Assembly: GCA_016297945.1 (NCBI GenBank)
Contig: JAEDFR010000001.1
Span: 3,654-67,653, forward strand
Origin: Lachnospiraceae bacterium
Lineage (GTDB): Bacteria; Bacillota; Clostridia; Lachnospirales; Lachnospiraceae
DNA: 64,000 nucleotides
Direction: 5' to 3'
How positions within the stretch are numbered: position 1 is the stretch's first letter; each line of letters starts with the position of its first letter. A program made the position numbers and the translations under genes. Shown here piece after piece: positions 10,266 to 20,501 of the stretch. The notes under the pieces were generated by a model that worked only from the letters and a program-made list of their open reading frames with translations, ran no database searches and was not told where the DNA came from.

Positions 10266-11486
10266 TTATAAGTTATCAAGACCTTCGTACATTGCGCCCA
10301 TTGGTGCAATAACAGCTCCGATAATGGTACCGCAGATGCCGGCAAGAAGGACAATCATCATAGGCTCTAACATGGTAGTCAGCGCTTTTGTTGCTTCTTC
10401 TACCTCATCTTCATAATAATCAGCCAGTGTATCCAACATAGCTTCTGTATTACCGGTTTCTTCACCGATACGAACCATGTGGTAAACCATCGGAGGGAAA
10501 AGTCCGGATTTTTCAAGCGGTGTCGATAACGGAACACCCTGCATAACATCCACTCTGGCATTTGCCATAACTTCTTTATAGTATACATTATTCATGGTAT
10601 CACCAACAATCTGAACTGCATCCGGTGTGGAAATGCCTGCCGCAAGCATTGTTGATAAGTTGCGGGCAAAACGAGCCGAACTCTGTTTTACTGTTAAATT
10701 ACCAAAAACCGGTGCTTTAATCGCAATACGATGGAATAAGCCTTTCCCGGTAGCTGTCTTAGAGAAATACATAACACCGGCAACGATTGCAGCAATGATA
10801 ACCAAAAGCAAAATGAAATTCGCCTGTACGAAGTCCGAAACCGCCACAACAGCCAAAGTAATCTTCGGCATCTCAATATCCATGTCAGCAAACATCCCCA
10901 TAAAGGTAGGTACAACAAATTCCAACATAACGATAACAACCGCAAACGCAACAATCAAAACGATAATCGGGTATGTCATGGCACTTTTTACCATGCTCTG
11001 CAATTTTGCGCTCTGCTCAAACTGCTGTGCCATACGTTCAAATGAAACGTCCAGGTTACCGGATGCTTCACCGGCTGCAACCATGTGACAAAGCAACTCG
11101 GGAAATACGTCAGATCTCTGTCGCATTGCTATTGCAAGGCTATCACCTTTCTGAACAGATGTAGAAACTTCTACCAACGCTTCCTGCAATGTCGGGTTTT
11201 CTGTCTGTTCTGCTAACATCTTTAAAGTTTCGATAATTGTTACACCGGCTCTGTTTAAGCTGACAAACTGACGGCAGAGTAAAGAAAGATCTCTGATTTT
11301 TACTTTTTTCTTACCAAAAGAGCCAAGCGATACTTCTTTATTAAGCGCGCTTCCTTCTTTCAACTCAATAATCGTCAGGCCATCTTTTTTTAACTGCTCG
11401 GATGCTTTCATCTGATTATCTGCATCTAAGCTACCTTTTACCTGTTTGCCTTTTCCGTCAATCGCAACGTATGTAAATACTGCCAC
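10266..11486 (-). CDS. pilC: Type IV pilus platform protein (GspF/PilC family)
   Basis: Two T2SSF domains (AGEASGNLD, IGEETGNTE, LEPMMIV); GTG start with GGAGG RBS. Confidence 0.96.
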   Translation of the reverse strand: MAVFTYVAIDGKGKQVKGSLDADNQMKASEQLKKDGLTIIELKEGSALNKEVSLGSFGKKKVKIRDLSLLCRQFVSLNRAGVTIIETLKMLAEQTENPTLQEALVEVSTSVQKGDSLAIAMRQRSDVFPELLCHMVAAGEASGNLDVSFERMAQQFEQSAKLQSMVKSAMTYPIIVLIVAFAVVIVMLEFVVPTFMGMFADMDIEMPKITLAVVAVSDFVQANFILLLVIIAAIVAGVMYFSKTATGKGLFHRIAIKAPVFGNLTVKQSSARFARNLSTMLAAGISTPDAVQIVGDTMNNVYYKEVMANARVDVMQGVPLSTPLEKSGLFPPMVYHMVRIGEETGNTEAMLDTLADYYEDEVEEATKALTTMLEPMMIVLLAGICGTIIGAVIAPMGAMYEGLDNL

Positions 11487-11541
11487 TTGACTACCTCCCT
11501 TATCATCGTATTCCTGTCTTTTTTGTATTATTTAATTTCGT

Positions 11542-13242
11542 TTATGAATCGAACGAAACCTTAATCATTTCTGAAACGGATGTAATTCCCTCAAGAACAT
11601 AATTGGTTGCACTCATGCGAAGAGTGTACATACCTTCTTCCAACGCAGCCTGCTTAATATGCTCAGCGTCCTCTCCTGCTGCAATAACTTTACGAACCTT
11701 GGGAGTAACCTCCATAATCTCGTAAACACCGATACGACCTTTAAAGCCATTGTTGTCGCAGCTCGAGCATCCGGCCGGCTCGTAAATCTCAACCTGTTCA
11801 TCTTTTCCAAATCCAAGTAACTCAAGTTGCTCTTCATTAGCCAAGACCTTTCTTTTGCACCTAGGGCAAAGCCGACGCACCAGACGCTGTGCAATGATAC
11901 CAACAGTAGAATCGGCTATCAGATACTCCGGCAATCCCATGTCTGCCAAACGCGTGATGGTACTTGCAGCTGAGTTGGTATGCAAAGTACTTACCACCAA
12001 GTGACCTGTGATAGAGGCCTGAACCGCAATGGAAGCGGTCTCTTCATCACGAATCTCTCCGATCATGATAATATCCGGGTCCTGACGGAGGATAGATCTT
12101 AACGCGGATGCGAATGTCAATCCCGCTTTTACATTGGTCTGTACCTGATTAATGCCGGGCACATTTGCTTCGACAGGGTCTTCAACCGTAATAATATTAA
12201 CATCTTCTTTATTTAATTCACTAAGTGCTGTATAAAGCGTTGTTGATTTACCGGAACCGGTGGGCCCGGTAACAAGGATAATGCCGTGTGGGTTCATAAG
12301 AATATGATCAAACAGGCGTAAATCATGATCATTAAAACCGAGCTCTGCCTTATCTCTTGTTAACGCATTCTTGTTGGTAAGACGCATTACGACTTTTTCG
12401 CCGAACACGGTAGGAAGAATAGATACACGGATATCAAACTCGCGGCCATCAACAAAGGATGTAATACGACCATCCTGTGGCTTACGCTTTTCAGCAATAT
12501 CCATGCCGCCAATTACTTTTAATCGAGCTACGATAGCCGGAAGCATCTTGATGTTGTATGTCATTTTCTCATGTAAAGCACCGTCAATTCGATAACGGAC
12601 ACGAACTTTTTTCTCAAGTGCTTCGATATGTATATCGGAGGTTCTCTGACGAACAGCCTGCTCAATCATGCTATTTACCAACTGAACAATCGGCGAGTTG
12701 TTGACATCATCATTCATCGCTTCGATTTCTTCATCGGCGAACAAATCAGCTCTTTCCGTTTCGAAATCATTAGCTGCTTTTAAAGCTTTGGCATTTCCAT
12801 AGTATTTATCAATAGCAACCATGATTTCGCCGGGAGTGGCAACCATCGGGTCAATCATACGGTTTGTGACCATTGACAAGTCATCGATTGCGAGCATATC
12901 CATCGGATCTGCCATGGCTACTCTGATGATATTCACATTGCGGTCATCGTAGCAATATGGTATGGCAGTATATTTCTTTAATATATCCACATCAAACAGA
13001 GAAATAAGGTCGTCCGGTATACGTGAATCCTGAAGGTTCGCCCTGTCATATCCCATCTGGTGGCAAAGAGCATCTGCCATTATGTCATCTGTGATATATC
13101 CATCAGATACAAGAATCTCGCCAAGACGACGTTTTTTAATCTTCTGCGCTTCAAGTGCCTGATCAAGTTGCACCTGGGTAATAACACCTTCTGCCAAAAG
13201 GATGTCACCAATACGCATCTTTCTTCTGCCCAATAAACTCAT
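11542..13242 (-). CDS. pilB: Type IV pilus assembly ATPase (GspE/PilB)
   Basis: N-terminal MshEN-like RIGDILL/RLGEILV, Walker A GPTGSGKSTT, LRQDPDIIMIGEIRD, tetracysteine motif. Confidence 0.97.
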   Translation of the reverse strand: MSLLGRRKMRIGDILLAEGVITQVQLDQALEAQKIKKRRLGEILVSDGYITDDIMADALCHQMGYDRANLQDSRIPDDLISLFDVDILKKYTAIPYCYDDRNVNIIRVAMADPMDMLAIDDLSMVTNRMIDPMVATPGEIMVAIDKYYGNAKALKAANDFETERADLFADEEIEAMNDDVNNSPIVQLVNSMIEQAVRQRTSDIHIEALEKKVRVRYRIDGALHEKMTYNIKMLPAIVARLKVIGGMDIAEKRKPQDGRITSFVDGREFDIRVSILPTVFGEKVVMRLTNKNALTRDKAELGFNDHDLRLFDHILMNPHGIILVTGPTGSGKSTTLYTALSELNKEDVNIITVEDPVEANVPGINQVQTNVKAGLTFASALRSILRQDPDIIMIGEIRDEETASIAVQASITGHLVVSTLHTNSAASTITRLADMGLPEYLIADSTVGIIAQRLVRRLCPRCKRKVLANEEQLELLGFGKDEQVEIYEPAGCSSCDNNGFKGRIGVYEIMEVTPKVRKVIAAGEDAEHIKQAALEEGMYTLRMSATNYVLEGITSVSEMIKVSFDS

Positions 13243-13347
13243 ATGTTTTACCCCTTTAATCTGATAATAATTATCAAATTATTAAATTTCTCTTAATTTT
13301 TTACAGAATTAGGCATAAAAATCCCTAATTGTCAAATTTATGTAAAC

Positions 13348-13376
13348 ATTCTATCATTTATTGCAACCTGTCGCAA
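13348..13376 (-). promoter_or_regulatory. SigA-type promoter of the pil operon
   Basis: TTGCGA-N17-TAGAAT with extended -10 TG, about 105 bp upstream of the pilB ATG. Confidence 0.6.
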
Positions 13377-13507
13377 GACCTTTACTCTCGTTTTTTTTAC
13401 ACATATTCAACAATTTTTTTCTATACTTTTAGTGCAATTTAACCACTTTCAATCTATTCTTTTACATTTTTTCATTCATTTTTAGCATATCGAAAGATAT
13501 ATACAGG

Positions 13508-15358
13508 TCATATAAATGGATACATATCATCCAGCTTTGGAGACACCATCGTACCATCCTCTAATCGTTTCGATGCAAGCTTTGGTTCAAAGTTTTGTTT
13601 TTCATCCACAACCACTTCCAGAATGATCGGTCCGTCTTCATTCAAAAAAGCCATAACTTCCTTTTTTATATCATTTAAGTTTTCTAACTTTCTATATTTT
13701 ACTCCAAATGCCATTGCCAACATTTTAAAATCAGGAAATCCAACTCCATTATCAGGATTCACACCTGTTAACGGATGCTCTGAAAAAAGATTGGTCTGCG
13801 TCTGACGTATGGAATGATATCCATTATTGTTTAACAATATAATTTTTAAATTCAGGTTATGATATGCTACCGTTGCCAGCTCCTGCAAATTCATCATGAA
13901 GCTTCCGTCGCCGTCGATACAGACGACACGTTTTCCTGCTTCTGCAACTGCACATCCCAAAGCTGCCGGAAAGCCATATCCCATGGCCGCACAACCGGAA
14001 TTAGTAAACAACCGTTGTCCCTTCTTAACTTCAAAAGACTGAAATGTCATCACACAGGCACTGCCGTTTCCGCAGATGACTTTTTCATTTTCCGGCAACA
14101 GTTTAGAAAACTCTCTTAAAAAGGCGTATGGGTTTAACGGTTTGTCTATATTATAATAGGAAGAAAGTGCAACCGGATATTTTTCATTAATACCATGAGC
14201 CCATGACAACCATGCGCTTCTTTCCGCCTTTACTTGTTCTGCTTGTTCTGTGTTACCTATTTCTCCATCTACATTTTCTTTTTTCCATGAATTCACAGAG
14301 GCAAATCGCAAAATGTTGTCTTTATTGCTTGATTTCGTAAGAATGTCACATAAAACATCTTTTACATCAGCATGGATTTTCATATCAATCTGCAACGTAG
14401 GTTTTGATAATTCATTTGCATCAATATCCACCATGATTTTGTAAGCATTTTCCGCGAAGCATTGATAATTGTAACTAATCTGGCGGATATTACAGCGACA
14501 TCCCAAGATCAAAATGCAATCCGCTTTTTGGACCACAAAGTTACCACCACGATTCCCCACAGTACCGGGACGTCCGCAATATAGCGGATGCTCATCCCAT
14601 AATAAGTCATGGGCATTCCAGGCAGTCACAACCGGTATCTGCAAGGCATCAATCACCTTCAAAAATTCCTCATATGCACCCGAAAGTCTTATTCCGGTAC
14701 CTGCCAGTATGACAGGTTTCTTTGCATTGTGTAGTTTTTCCAGTATCGCATCTGTTTTTGTCGTATCATAAACAGGAGTTTCACCTATACATTCCGTCTC
14801 ATCAAAACCAGCAAGCTCATCTGTTTCAATGATTGCCCCCTGTACATCAACAGGGACATCAATCCAAACAGGGCCTTTTCTGCCATGATTGCACAAATAC
14901 CACGCCTTTTCCAGATGATAGCGGATACTCTCTGGTTCTGTTATCATAACCGCATATTTCGTCATCGGGCGTACACTTTCCACAATCTGATATTCCTGAT
15001 CGCCAAGTTGTCGCACGGTTGCACCCGTATATGCGGTTGTGGTCTCTCTTTTGACCTGTCCGGATACCACAAACATGGGGATACTATCCTGCCATGCACC
15101 AAGAACTCCGGTAATAGCATTGGTCCCACCCGGCCCGCTGGTCACACAGACCAAGGCAACATTTCCTGTAAGACGAGCATAGCCTTCCGCCGCAATAGAA
15201 CACGCCTGCTCATGATGATTATAAATGGTTTTCAGACCTTCTTTGTGACCAAAAGCATCATTTAAATGCATGGCACCACCACCGGTCACGGAGAAATTGT
15301 GCTTTACACCATGCATAACCAAAAAATCTGCGATATAATCTGCCAAACGGATTCTCAT
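13508..15358 (-). CDS. ThDP-dependent enzyme (AHAS-like fold), probably a YerE-like sugar-branching carboligase
   Basis: HHEQ, TSGPGGTNA and GDGSFMMN ThDP motifs; found with CDP-deoxysugar genes and no ilvN. Confidence 0.8.
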   Translation of the reverse strand: MRIRLADYIADFLVMHGVKHNFSVTGGGAMHLNDAFGHKEGLKTIYNHHEQACSIAAEGYARLTGNVALVCVTSGPGGTNAITGVLGAWQDSIPMFVVSGQVKRETTTAYTGATVRQLGDQEYQIVESVRPMTKYAVMITEPESIRYHLEKAWYLCNHGRKGPVWIDVPVDVQGAIIETDELAGFDETECIGETPVYDTTKTDAILEKLHNAKKPVILAGTGIRLSGAYEEFLKVIDALQIPVVTAWNAHDLLWDEHPLYCGRPGTVGNRGGNFVVQKADCILILGCRCNIRQISYNYQCFAENAYKIMVDIDANELSKPTLQIDMKIHADVKDVLCDILTKSSNKDNILRFASVNSWKKENVDGEIGNTEQAEQVKAERSAWLSWAHGINEKYPVALSSYYNIDKPLNPYAFLREFSKLLPENEKVICGNGSACVMTFQSFEVKKGQRLFTNSGCAAMGYGFPAALGCAVAEAGKRVVCIDGDGSFMMNLQELATVAYHNLNLKIILLNNNGYHSIRQTQTNLFSEHPLTGVNPDNGVGFPDFKMLAMAFGVKYRKLENLNDIKKEVMAFLNEDGPIILEVVVDEKQNFEPKLASKRLEDGTMVSPKLDDMYPFI

Positions 15359-15491
15359 AGATAATCTATTCCTTTCCCTTATGTTTTAGTACATGTTTTC
15401 TATTTTTATATGGATTTTTCATGATAGAAATTTTAGCTATATTTATAACAAGTACCAAAAGAACTTTTGATACTTATATCATCATTCACAA

Positions 15492-17102
15492 CTATGAACC
15501 AATGACATCATACAAACTCTCTGTCAAAAACGTATAATGCTCTTTCCATTCAAGTTTCTCCAAGCCGTTCTTTACGTCCTCATTGATATCCATTGCCTTT
15601 TCCTTGCTAAAGCTGTACGCCATATTGGGATTGACGTAATCCTCTGTCTCCGAAGTTGTATAGCCATCAAAGCCTGCCAAGGTCACGTGTTGCGTACCAA
15701 TTTGTTTTAATACCTTTAAAAACATCAACATCGGATTATCTACGATCAATGCTTCTTCATCCAACCAGGCACTGTAATTTAGCATATAATCAAATTCTCC
15801 CTTTGCTTTTGTCACATTGCTCGTTGCAATCGTTTTAATCTGCGCGGGAAGGTTTGCAAGCACCGAAGAAAGTCTCACATATCGCTTGGCATTACTCATA
15901 AAAATAAAATCAAGCGGGTATCCGTCCGGACAGAAATTTACCGAAACAACGACCGGATTTTTCGCTCTTATGTAAGCAATGATTTTATTATAATCTGTAT
16001 ACACAGAATGTCCGGGTGCCAGCAAAAGAATTTCTTTATCGGCAAACACATCCTTTAATCCTTCTAAATCATTATAATCATTACAAATATCCTTCTGATA
16101 CTCTACATAGAGTTTTTCAATATAATCCTCATCATATAACAGTTTCTTTTCCTCATCCAACGATTCTAAAATCTCATTGATGGATTTTACGGACAGTTTC
16201 TTTTTATCCATCAGATAAGAAACATAATTAGGATGGCAGTCATTGGATGCAGACAAAAAGAATTTAAACTGATATCCCCACGGGCTCGTCCGGTAAATAT
16301 CCAGTATCGTCACATCAATTGCTTCTAAAAGCTGACTTTTATGGTAAGCTTTTCCACAATTTTCATTCATATAGGTTGCAAGTAGCTCAATGGGTGCATT
16401 GCCCGCACTTTTCCCCATCCCATAAAGTGTTCCGTCAACAACCAGTGTCCTGTCAATTTTCTCCTGCAGAAGCTCTATGCAGTTAGCATATGCTAATTGA
16501 AAGTTATTGTGAGAATGATATCCCAGACAGATATCCGGCATTAATTGTTCATTGGCACGATCAAAATAAGACTGTAACTGTTTTTTATGTAATAAGCCAT
16601 AGGTATCCACCATGGAAAACGCGTATGGTTCCACCTCATTGACTTCCTCTAATAAAGCATGATATTCCTCTTCGTTATAGCTTGTAATAGATACCGCCTG
16701 AACAAATACCGCATAACCCAGTTCTTTGATTTTTTTACAAAATGCCAAAGCTTCCGACATGTGATGTTTTTTAAAAATCACACGGATGCCATCTAAACAA
16801 CTCTCTTTTGCCGGCAACAGTTTTTCTATTCCGCAAGTCCCGTAATCAATCATGCCTACTATCATAGACTTGCCATGATCAAGCCCCTGTAAAAGCTTGT
16901 TCATACTTTTCATATCCGGAACAATACTTCTGTTTAAGTCAAAAGGACGACGTTCATCCAAGAACCCCGTCTCAATTATATCCACGCCCGCTCCAACCAG
17001 GCGTTCAAAAATATTCACAATATTTTCATGACCAAAATTCCAGTCATTGATGTACCCTCCATCCCGGAGCGTACAATCAAGCAGCTTGATGTTGTCTGCC
17101 AT
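15492..17102 (-). CDS. HMGL-like (DRE-TIM) aldolase fused to a Rossmann-like C-terminal domain
   Basis: LLDCTLRDGGY, HSHNN and GMGKSAGNAPIE motifs; C-terminal LLLAPGHS...LAGFDGY. Confidence 0.8.
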   Translation of the reverse strand: MADNIKLLDCTLRDGGYINDWNFGHENIVNIFERLVGAGVDIIETGFLDERRPFDLNRSIVPDMKSMNKLLQGLDHGKSMIVGMIDYGTCGIEKLLPAKESCLDGIRVIFKKHHMSEALAFCKKIKELGYAVFVQAVSITSYNEEEYHALLEEVNEVEPYAFSMVDTYGLLHKKQLQSYFDRANEQLMPDICLGYHSHNNFQLAYANCIELLQEKIDRTLVVDGTLYGMGKSAGNAPIELLATYMNENCGKAYHKSQLLEAIDVTILDIYRTSPWGYQFKFFLSASNDCHPNYVSYLMDKKKLSVKSINEILESLDEEKKLLYDEDYIEKLYVEYQKDICNDYNDLEGLKDVFADKEILLLAPGHSVYTDYNKIIAYIRAKNPVVVSVNFCPDGYPLDFIFMSNAKRYVRLSSVLANLPAQIKTIATSNVTKAKGEFDYMLNYSAWLDEEALIVDNPMLMFLKVLKQIGTQHVTLAGFDGYTTSETEDYVNPNMAYSFSKEKAMDINEDVKNGLEKLEWKEHYTFLTESLYDVIGS

Positions 17103-17129
17103 GGTTATTCTCCTAACAGTAGTTGTAAA

Positions 17130-17827
17130 CTATATCTCATACATATTGTCAATCGTAAGTAAAACCGCACCTTCTTCGTCTGCACGCCTCTTAACCGAAT
17201 CAACATACCCGGATTTACTGATAAACATCAGATATTTTTCCTTAAGATTTGGAAATGCATGTGTTGCCAAAACTAAAACATCATATTCTGCAAAATAGAA
17301 AACAAATGCAATCGAGTTTATGCCAATCAATAATGGAACAATAGAAAGACTAATATCAAACGAAAAAACCAGCATACAAGCACAATGAAAAACATTCGTA
17401 AAAAAGCCATGCCAATACATAGGTAACCATTCTTTGCAATAAACATAGTTATATAAATTATCAGAAAAAAGCTTTACCGGAATAGGCCAACTAATACATA
17501 TCCACCCCACTCCACATACTATAATTACCAAGTATAATATGAAAAGCCTAGTCAAATGTTTAAAATTATTTGCAATCCAAAACACCCAATTCCAAAAAGC
17601 AACAATTAATAATATCGCTACAGCATGAGAATATGAATAACACAAGAATCTAGATATTCTATCATCTGCAAGTGTTAAGCCTGTATGATAGAATTTATAT
17701 GCAACGCACTCACTTCCTACTTTATAAAATATTGGGCTAAAACTTTTTTAAAAATTATAAACGACGCACTTACATGCGACAACATTATTATCAATAATAA
17801 TGTTCTTTTAGATAAATATTTAATCAT
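17130..17827 (-). pseudogene. Frameshifted membrane-protein remnant fused to a C-terminal fragment of an archaeal-type ATPase/DUF234-like protein
   Basis: ATG 17827 frame stops at 17717. Adding one base in the T5A6 tract (17744-17754) joins it to the 17130-17645 frame. The last ~52 aa (YLMFISKSGYVDSVKRRADEEGAVLLTIDNMY) resemble a DUF234 tail. Confidence 0.5.
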
Positions 17828-17883
17828 TACTCTAACCCAAAAACAAACTCCTTATCTGCATTATTTAACTAAGCAACTCCATA

Positions 17884-18903
17884 TTAATTTTTATCTTTCT
17901 TAATAATCAACAGTTTTTCAGCAATTCTCTTTGCTCCAAGTCCGTCAATAAGCTTTCTCATTAAAATTGATCTGCCATTTCTTTTTTCAAAAGATTTATT
18001 TAATCGAAACCCTTCCATCAGATTTGCTTCCGTTCCATCCTCTCTCATATCTCCAATGTAATCCATAAGTTGTAAATCTTCAAATTCCCTAACGTTATCC
18101 AATTGATTGTCTGCAATGGCATAGGTCAATGTCGGTGTCCCACAGGCACACAATTCATATAGAGTTGTTCCCCCCGCAGAAATGGCAATATCTGCTTCCT
18201 GCATATATTTTTCAATATTATCTACTGCACTTAATATCTCTACATTTTCATATTTTTGATATGTTTCTGCCATTTCTGCAAAATGTTCATTATATATTCC
18301 ACAAATCGCTGTGATTTGCTTATATTCTTGAAGTGGTATTACATTTAAAAATCTGTTTATTACATTATATTTATCCGTTCCCCCGGAAATCAGCAGGATT
18401 TTTTCAATAGTTTTTTTTACTTTCTTTGGTTGCAAATCACAAAATGAATTTCGCAAGGGAGTATATTCTAGTCCTAAATAGAGTTTTGTGTTTTGTTCAA
18501 AACCACAATACCGTAATTTCTTCCAATAGCAGGCATAGCATATAATTGCATCTACAGGATACTGAAACATATTCAAATCATCCAAATATACAATCTTAGC
18601 AATTTTCCTTAACTCTGATAAATAATCATAAGTAATCATATAACTATCAATCAGCAAAACTTTAATTTTCTCCTCTTTAATATGATTTATCAGCCTGTCA
18701 AGTTCAGTTTCCATATCATTCCAAACTGAATTCAAAACATAATACTTATATGATTTCGATTGCAACATCGCAACCGGATTACTGTCCGCAATAATGAACT
18801 CCGTTTCTATTCCCATATCTCTGGCAGCATCTGCTATTGCAATACACCTCATCAAATGACCTGTTGCTATATCATTATTACAATCAACTCGAATATAAAT
18901 CAA
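17884..18903 (-). CDS. pseG: UDP-2,4-diacetamido-2,4,6-trideoxy-beta-L-altropyranose hydrolase
   Basis: IRVDCNNDIATGHLMRC, LIDSY, ISAGGTTLYEL and ADNQ motifs. Confidence 0.92.
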   Translation of the reverse strand: MIYIRVDCNNDIATGHLMRCIAIADAARDMGIETEFIIADSNPVAMLQSKSYKYYVLNSVWNDMETELDRLINHIKEEKIKVLLIDSYMITYDYLSELRKIAKIVYLDDLNMFQYPVDAIICYACYWKKLRYCGFEQNTKLYLGLEYTPLRNSFCDLQPKKVKKTIEKILLISGGTDKYNVINRFLNVIPLQEYKQITAICGIYNEHFAEMAETYQKYENVEILSAVDNIEKYMQEADIAISAGGTTLYELCACGTPTLTYAIADNQLDNVREFEDLQLMDYIGDMREDGTEANLMEGFRLNKSFEKRNGRSILMRKLIDGLGAKRIAEKLLIIKKDKN

Positions 18904-18916
18904 TTTTCTGTCCCCA

Positions 18917-19423
18917 TTATATCTCTATTCTGTATATGTTAAAGTTTTCATCTGATTTTTCATATTTAAATCCATTCCTTAATACAAATCTTATTGATGA
19001 TACATTTTCCTTATGTATTTCCGCTATTATTGCTTTACATCCCCAATTATCTCTTGACCAATCTACAATTGTTCTAATTACCTCACTGGCATAACCATGC
19101 CCATAATATTCATTGGAAAGTATATATCCTATTTCTGCTTCCATGTTTTTTCCCTTCACTCGGTTCAGCCCAAATACTCCAATCGGATTATCCCTCAATA
19201 GTACAATCCAATTCAGCTTTGTAACATCTTTTAAGTAAACAGATTTATACCAATCAACATGTTCATCCCGACTGATGGCATGGGGATGACTAAAATACTT
19301 ATATATGTCAGGATTAGCTCGCAGTTTTACAATAAAATCCGTATCTTTCTCCGTAATCTCTCTTAATTCTAAACGCTGACTCTTTAAAATAGGGGCCTTT
19401 TTATCCAATTCAATCACACTCAT
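18917..19423 (-). CDS. pseH: GNAT N-acetyltransferase (PseH-like)
   Basis: RimJ/RimL-type GNAT (YYGHGYASE, NVSSIRF..RNGF) between pseI and pseG. Confidence 0.75.
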   Translation of the reverse strand: MSVIELDKKAPILKSQRLELREITEKDTDFIVKLRANPDIYKYFSHPHAISRDEHVDWYKSVYLKDVTKLNWIVLLRDNPIGVFGLNRVKGKNMEAEIGYILSNEYYGHGYASEVIRTIVDWSRDNWGCKAIIAEIHKENVSSIRFVLRNGFKYEKSDENFNIYRIEI

Positions 19424-19441
19424 CCACCCTAAAATAAAAAA

Positions 19442-20485
19442 CTAATATAGATGACCAATCATCTCCATTTTTAACGGGGTTCCCTTTTTGATATCTACTA
19501 ATGCCGTTTGTCCGATTACATCATCATAATATTTTGGTTCTAAGCCATAAGCAGGCCGAATCACACGTATATTATCAGTTGTCAATAATTCACCTTTTTT
19601 AATGTCTCTTACAACAAAAATAGATTTTCTAAAACAACGATTATTTTCCTCTTGTCGTGTAAGACCGTAAGTAACTCTACCTATAGCTTTTTCTGTCTGA
19701 CGAATATCCGCAATCATTTTTTTTAATTCCAATGGTTCCATACTGAATAAGCTGTCCGGATTTTCAATTTCCCTACTCAGGCAAAAATGTTTTTCAATGA
19801 CATTAGCGCCTAAAGCCACCGCAGTAATCGCACCAACTGATCCCATGGAATGATCAGATAATCCAACTGGAACGCCAAATGTATCACGCATATTTTTCAT
19901 TGTCATTAGATTCATTTCATCTGTAATTGCAGGATAGGCACTTGCACAACGGAGTAGACAGATTTGTTCATTTCCTTCTGCACGAATGGTTTCAACCGCC
20001 TCACTAATCTCTGCCAAAGTTGCCATTCCTGTAGAAAGAATGATTGGCTTTCCTTTTGATGCAACATATTTTATCAGAGGAATATCTACCAATTCAAACG
20101 ATGCTATTTTGTAAAATTCAAGTCCAATACTTTCCAGAAAATCTACCGCTGTTATATCAAACGGTGTCGAAAGAAAATCAATTCCAATTTTTTCAGCTTC
20201 CTGTTTTAATTTTTCCTGCCATTCCCAAGGCGTATAAGCCTTTCCGTATAATTGATAGAGATTTTCATTTTCCCACAGTCCAGTTTTTATTTGAAAATAC
20301 TCATTATTACAATCCATAGTTATCGTATCAGGGGTATATGTTTGAATTTTAATGCAATCTGCACCGGCATCCTTGGCCGTATGGATGATTTCCTTCGCTC
20401 TCTCAAAACTTCCCGCATGATTAGCAGACATTTCAGCTATAACATATGTATGATTATTATGGATGGATTCGTATAACCTATTCAT
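19442..20485 (-). CDS. pseI: Pseudaminic acid synthase
   Basis: IAEMSANHAGS, KIQTYTPDTIT, KIASFE, GLSDH, IEKHF motifs; C-terminal SAF domain. Confidence 0.95.
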   Translation of the reverse strand: MNRLYESIHNNHTYVIAEMSANHAGSFERAKEIIHTAKDAGADCIKIQTYTPDTITMDCNNEYFQIKTGLWENENLYQLYGKAYTPWEWQEKLKQEAEKIGIDFLSTPFDITAVDFLESIGLEFYKIASFELVDIPLIKYVASKGKPIILSTGMATLAEISEAVETIRAEGNEQICLLRCASAYPAITDEMNLMTMKNMRDTFGVPVGLSDHSMGSVGAITAVALGANVIEKHFCLSREIENPDSLFSMEPLELKKMIADIRQTEKAIGRVTYGLTRQEENNRCFRKSIFVVRDIKKGELLTTDNIRVIRPAYGLEPKYYDDVIGQTALVDIKKGTPLKMEMIGHLY

Positions 20486-20501
20486 TTTTTCCCCTATATC
20501 T

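Noticed and set aside
13243..13507. c-di-GMP riboswitch upstream of pilB
   Set aside because: The leader is AT-rich with no recognisable class I or class II stems or conserved motifs
13508..15358. Annotation as housekeeping acetolactate synthase ilvB
   Set aside because: No ilvN or ilvC nearby; the context is nucleotide-sugar biosynthesis
17744..17754. Programmed -1 ribosomal frameshift site
   Set aside because: Codon phase (TTT AAA AAA GTT) does not fit X XXY YYZ and no stimulatory hairpin is evident; simple decay is more likely
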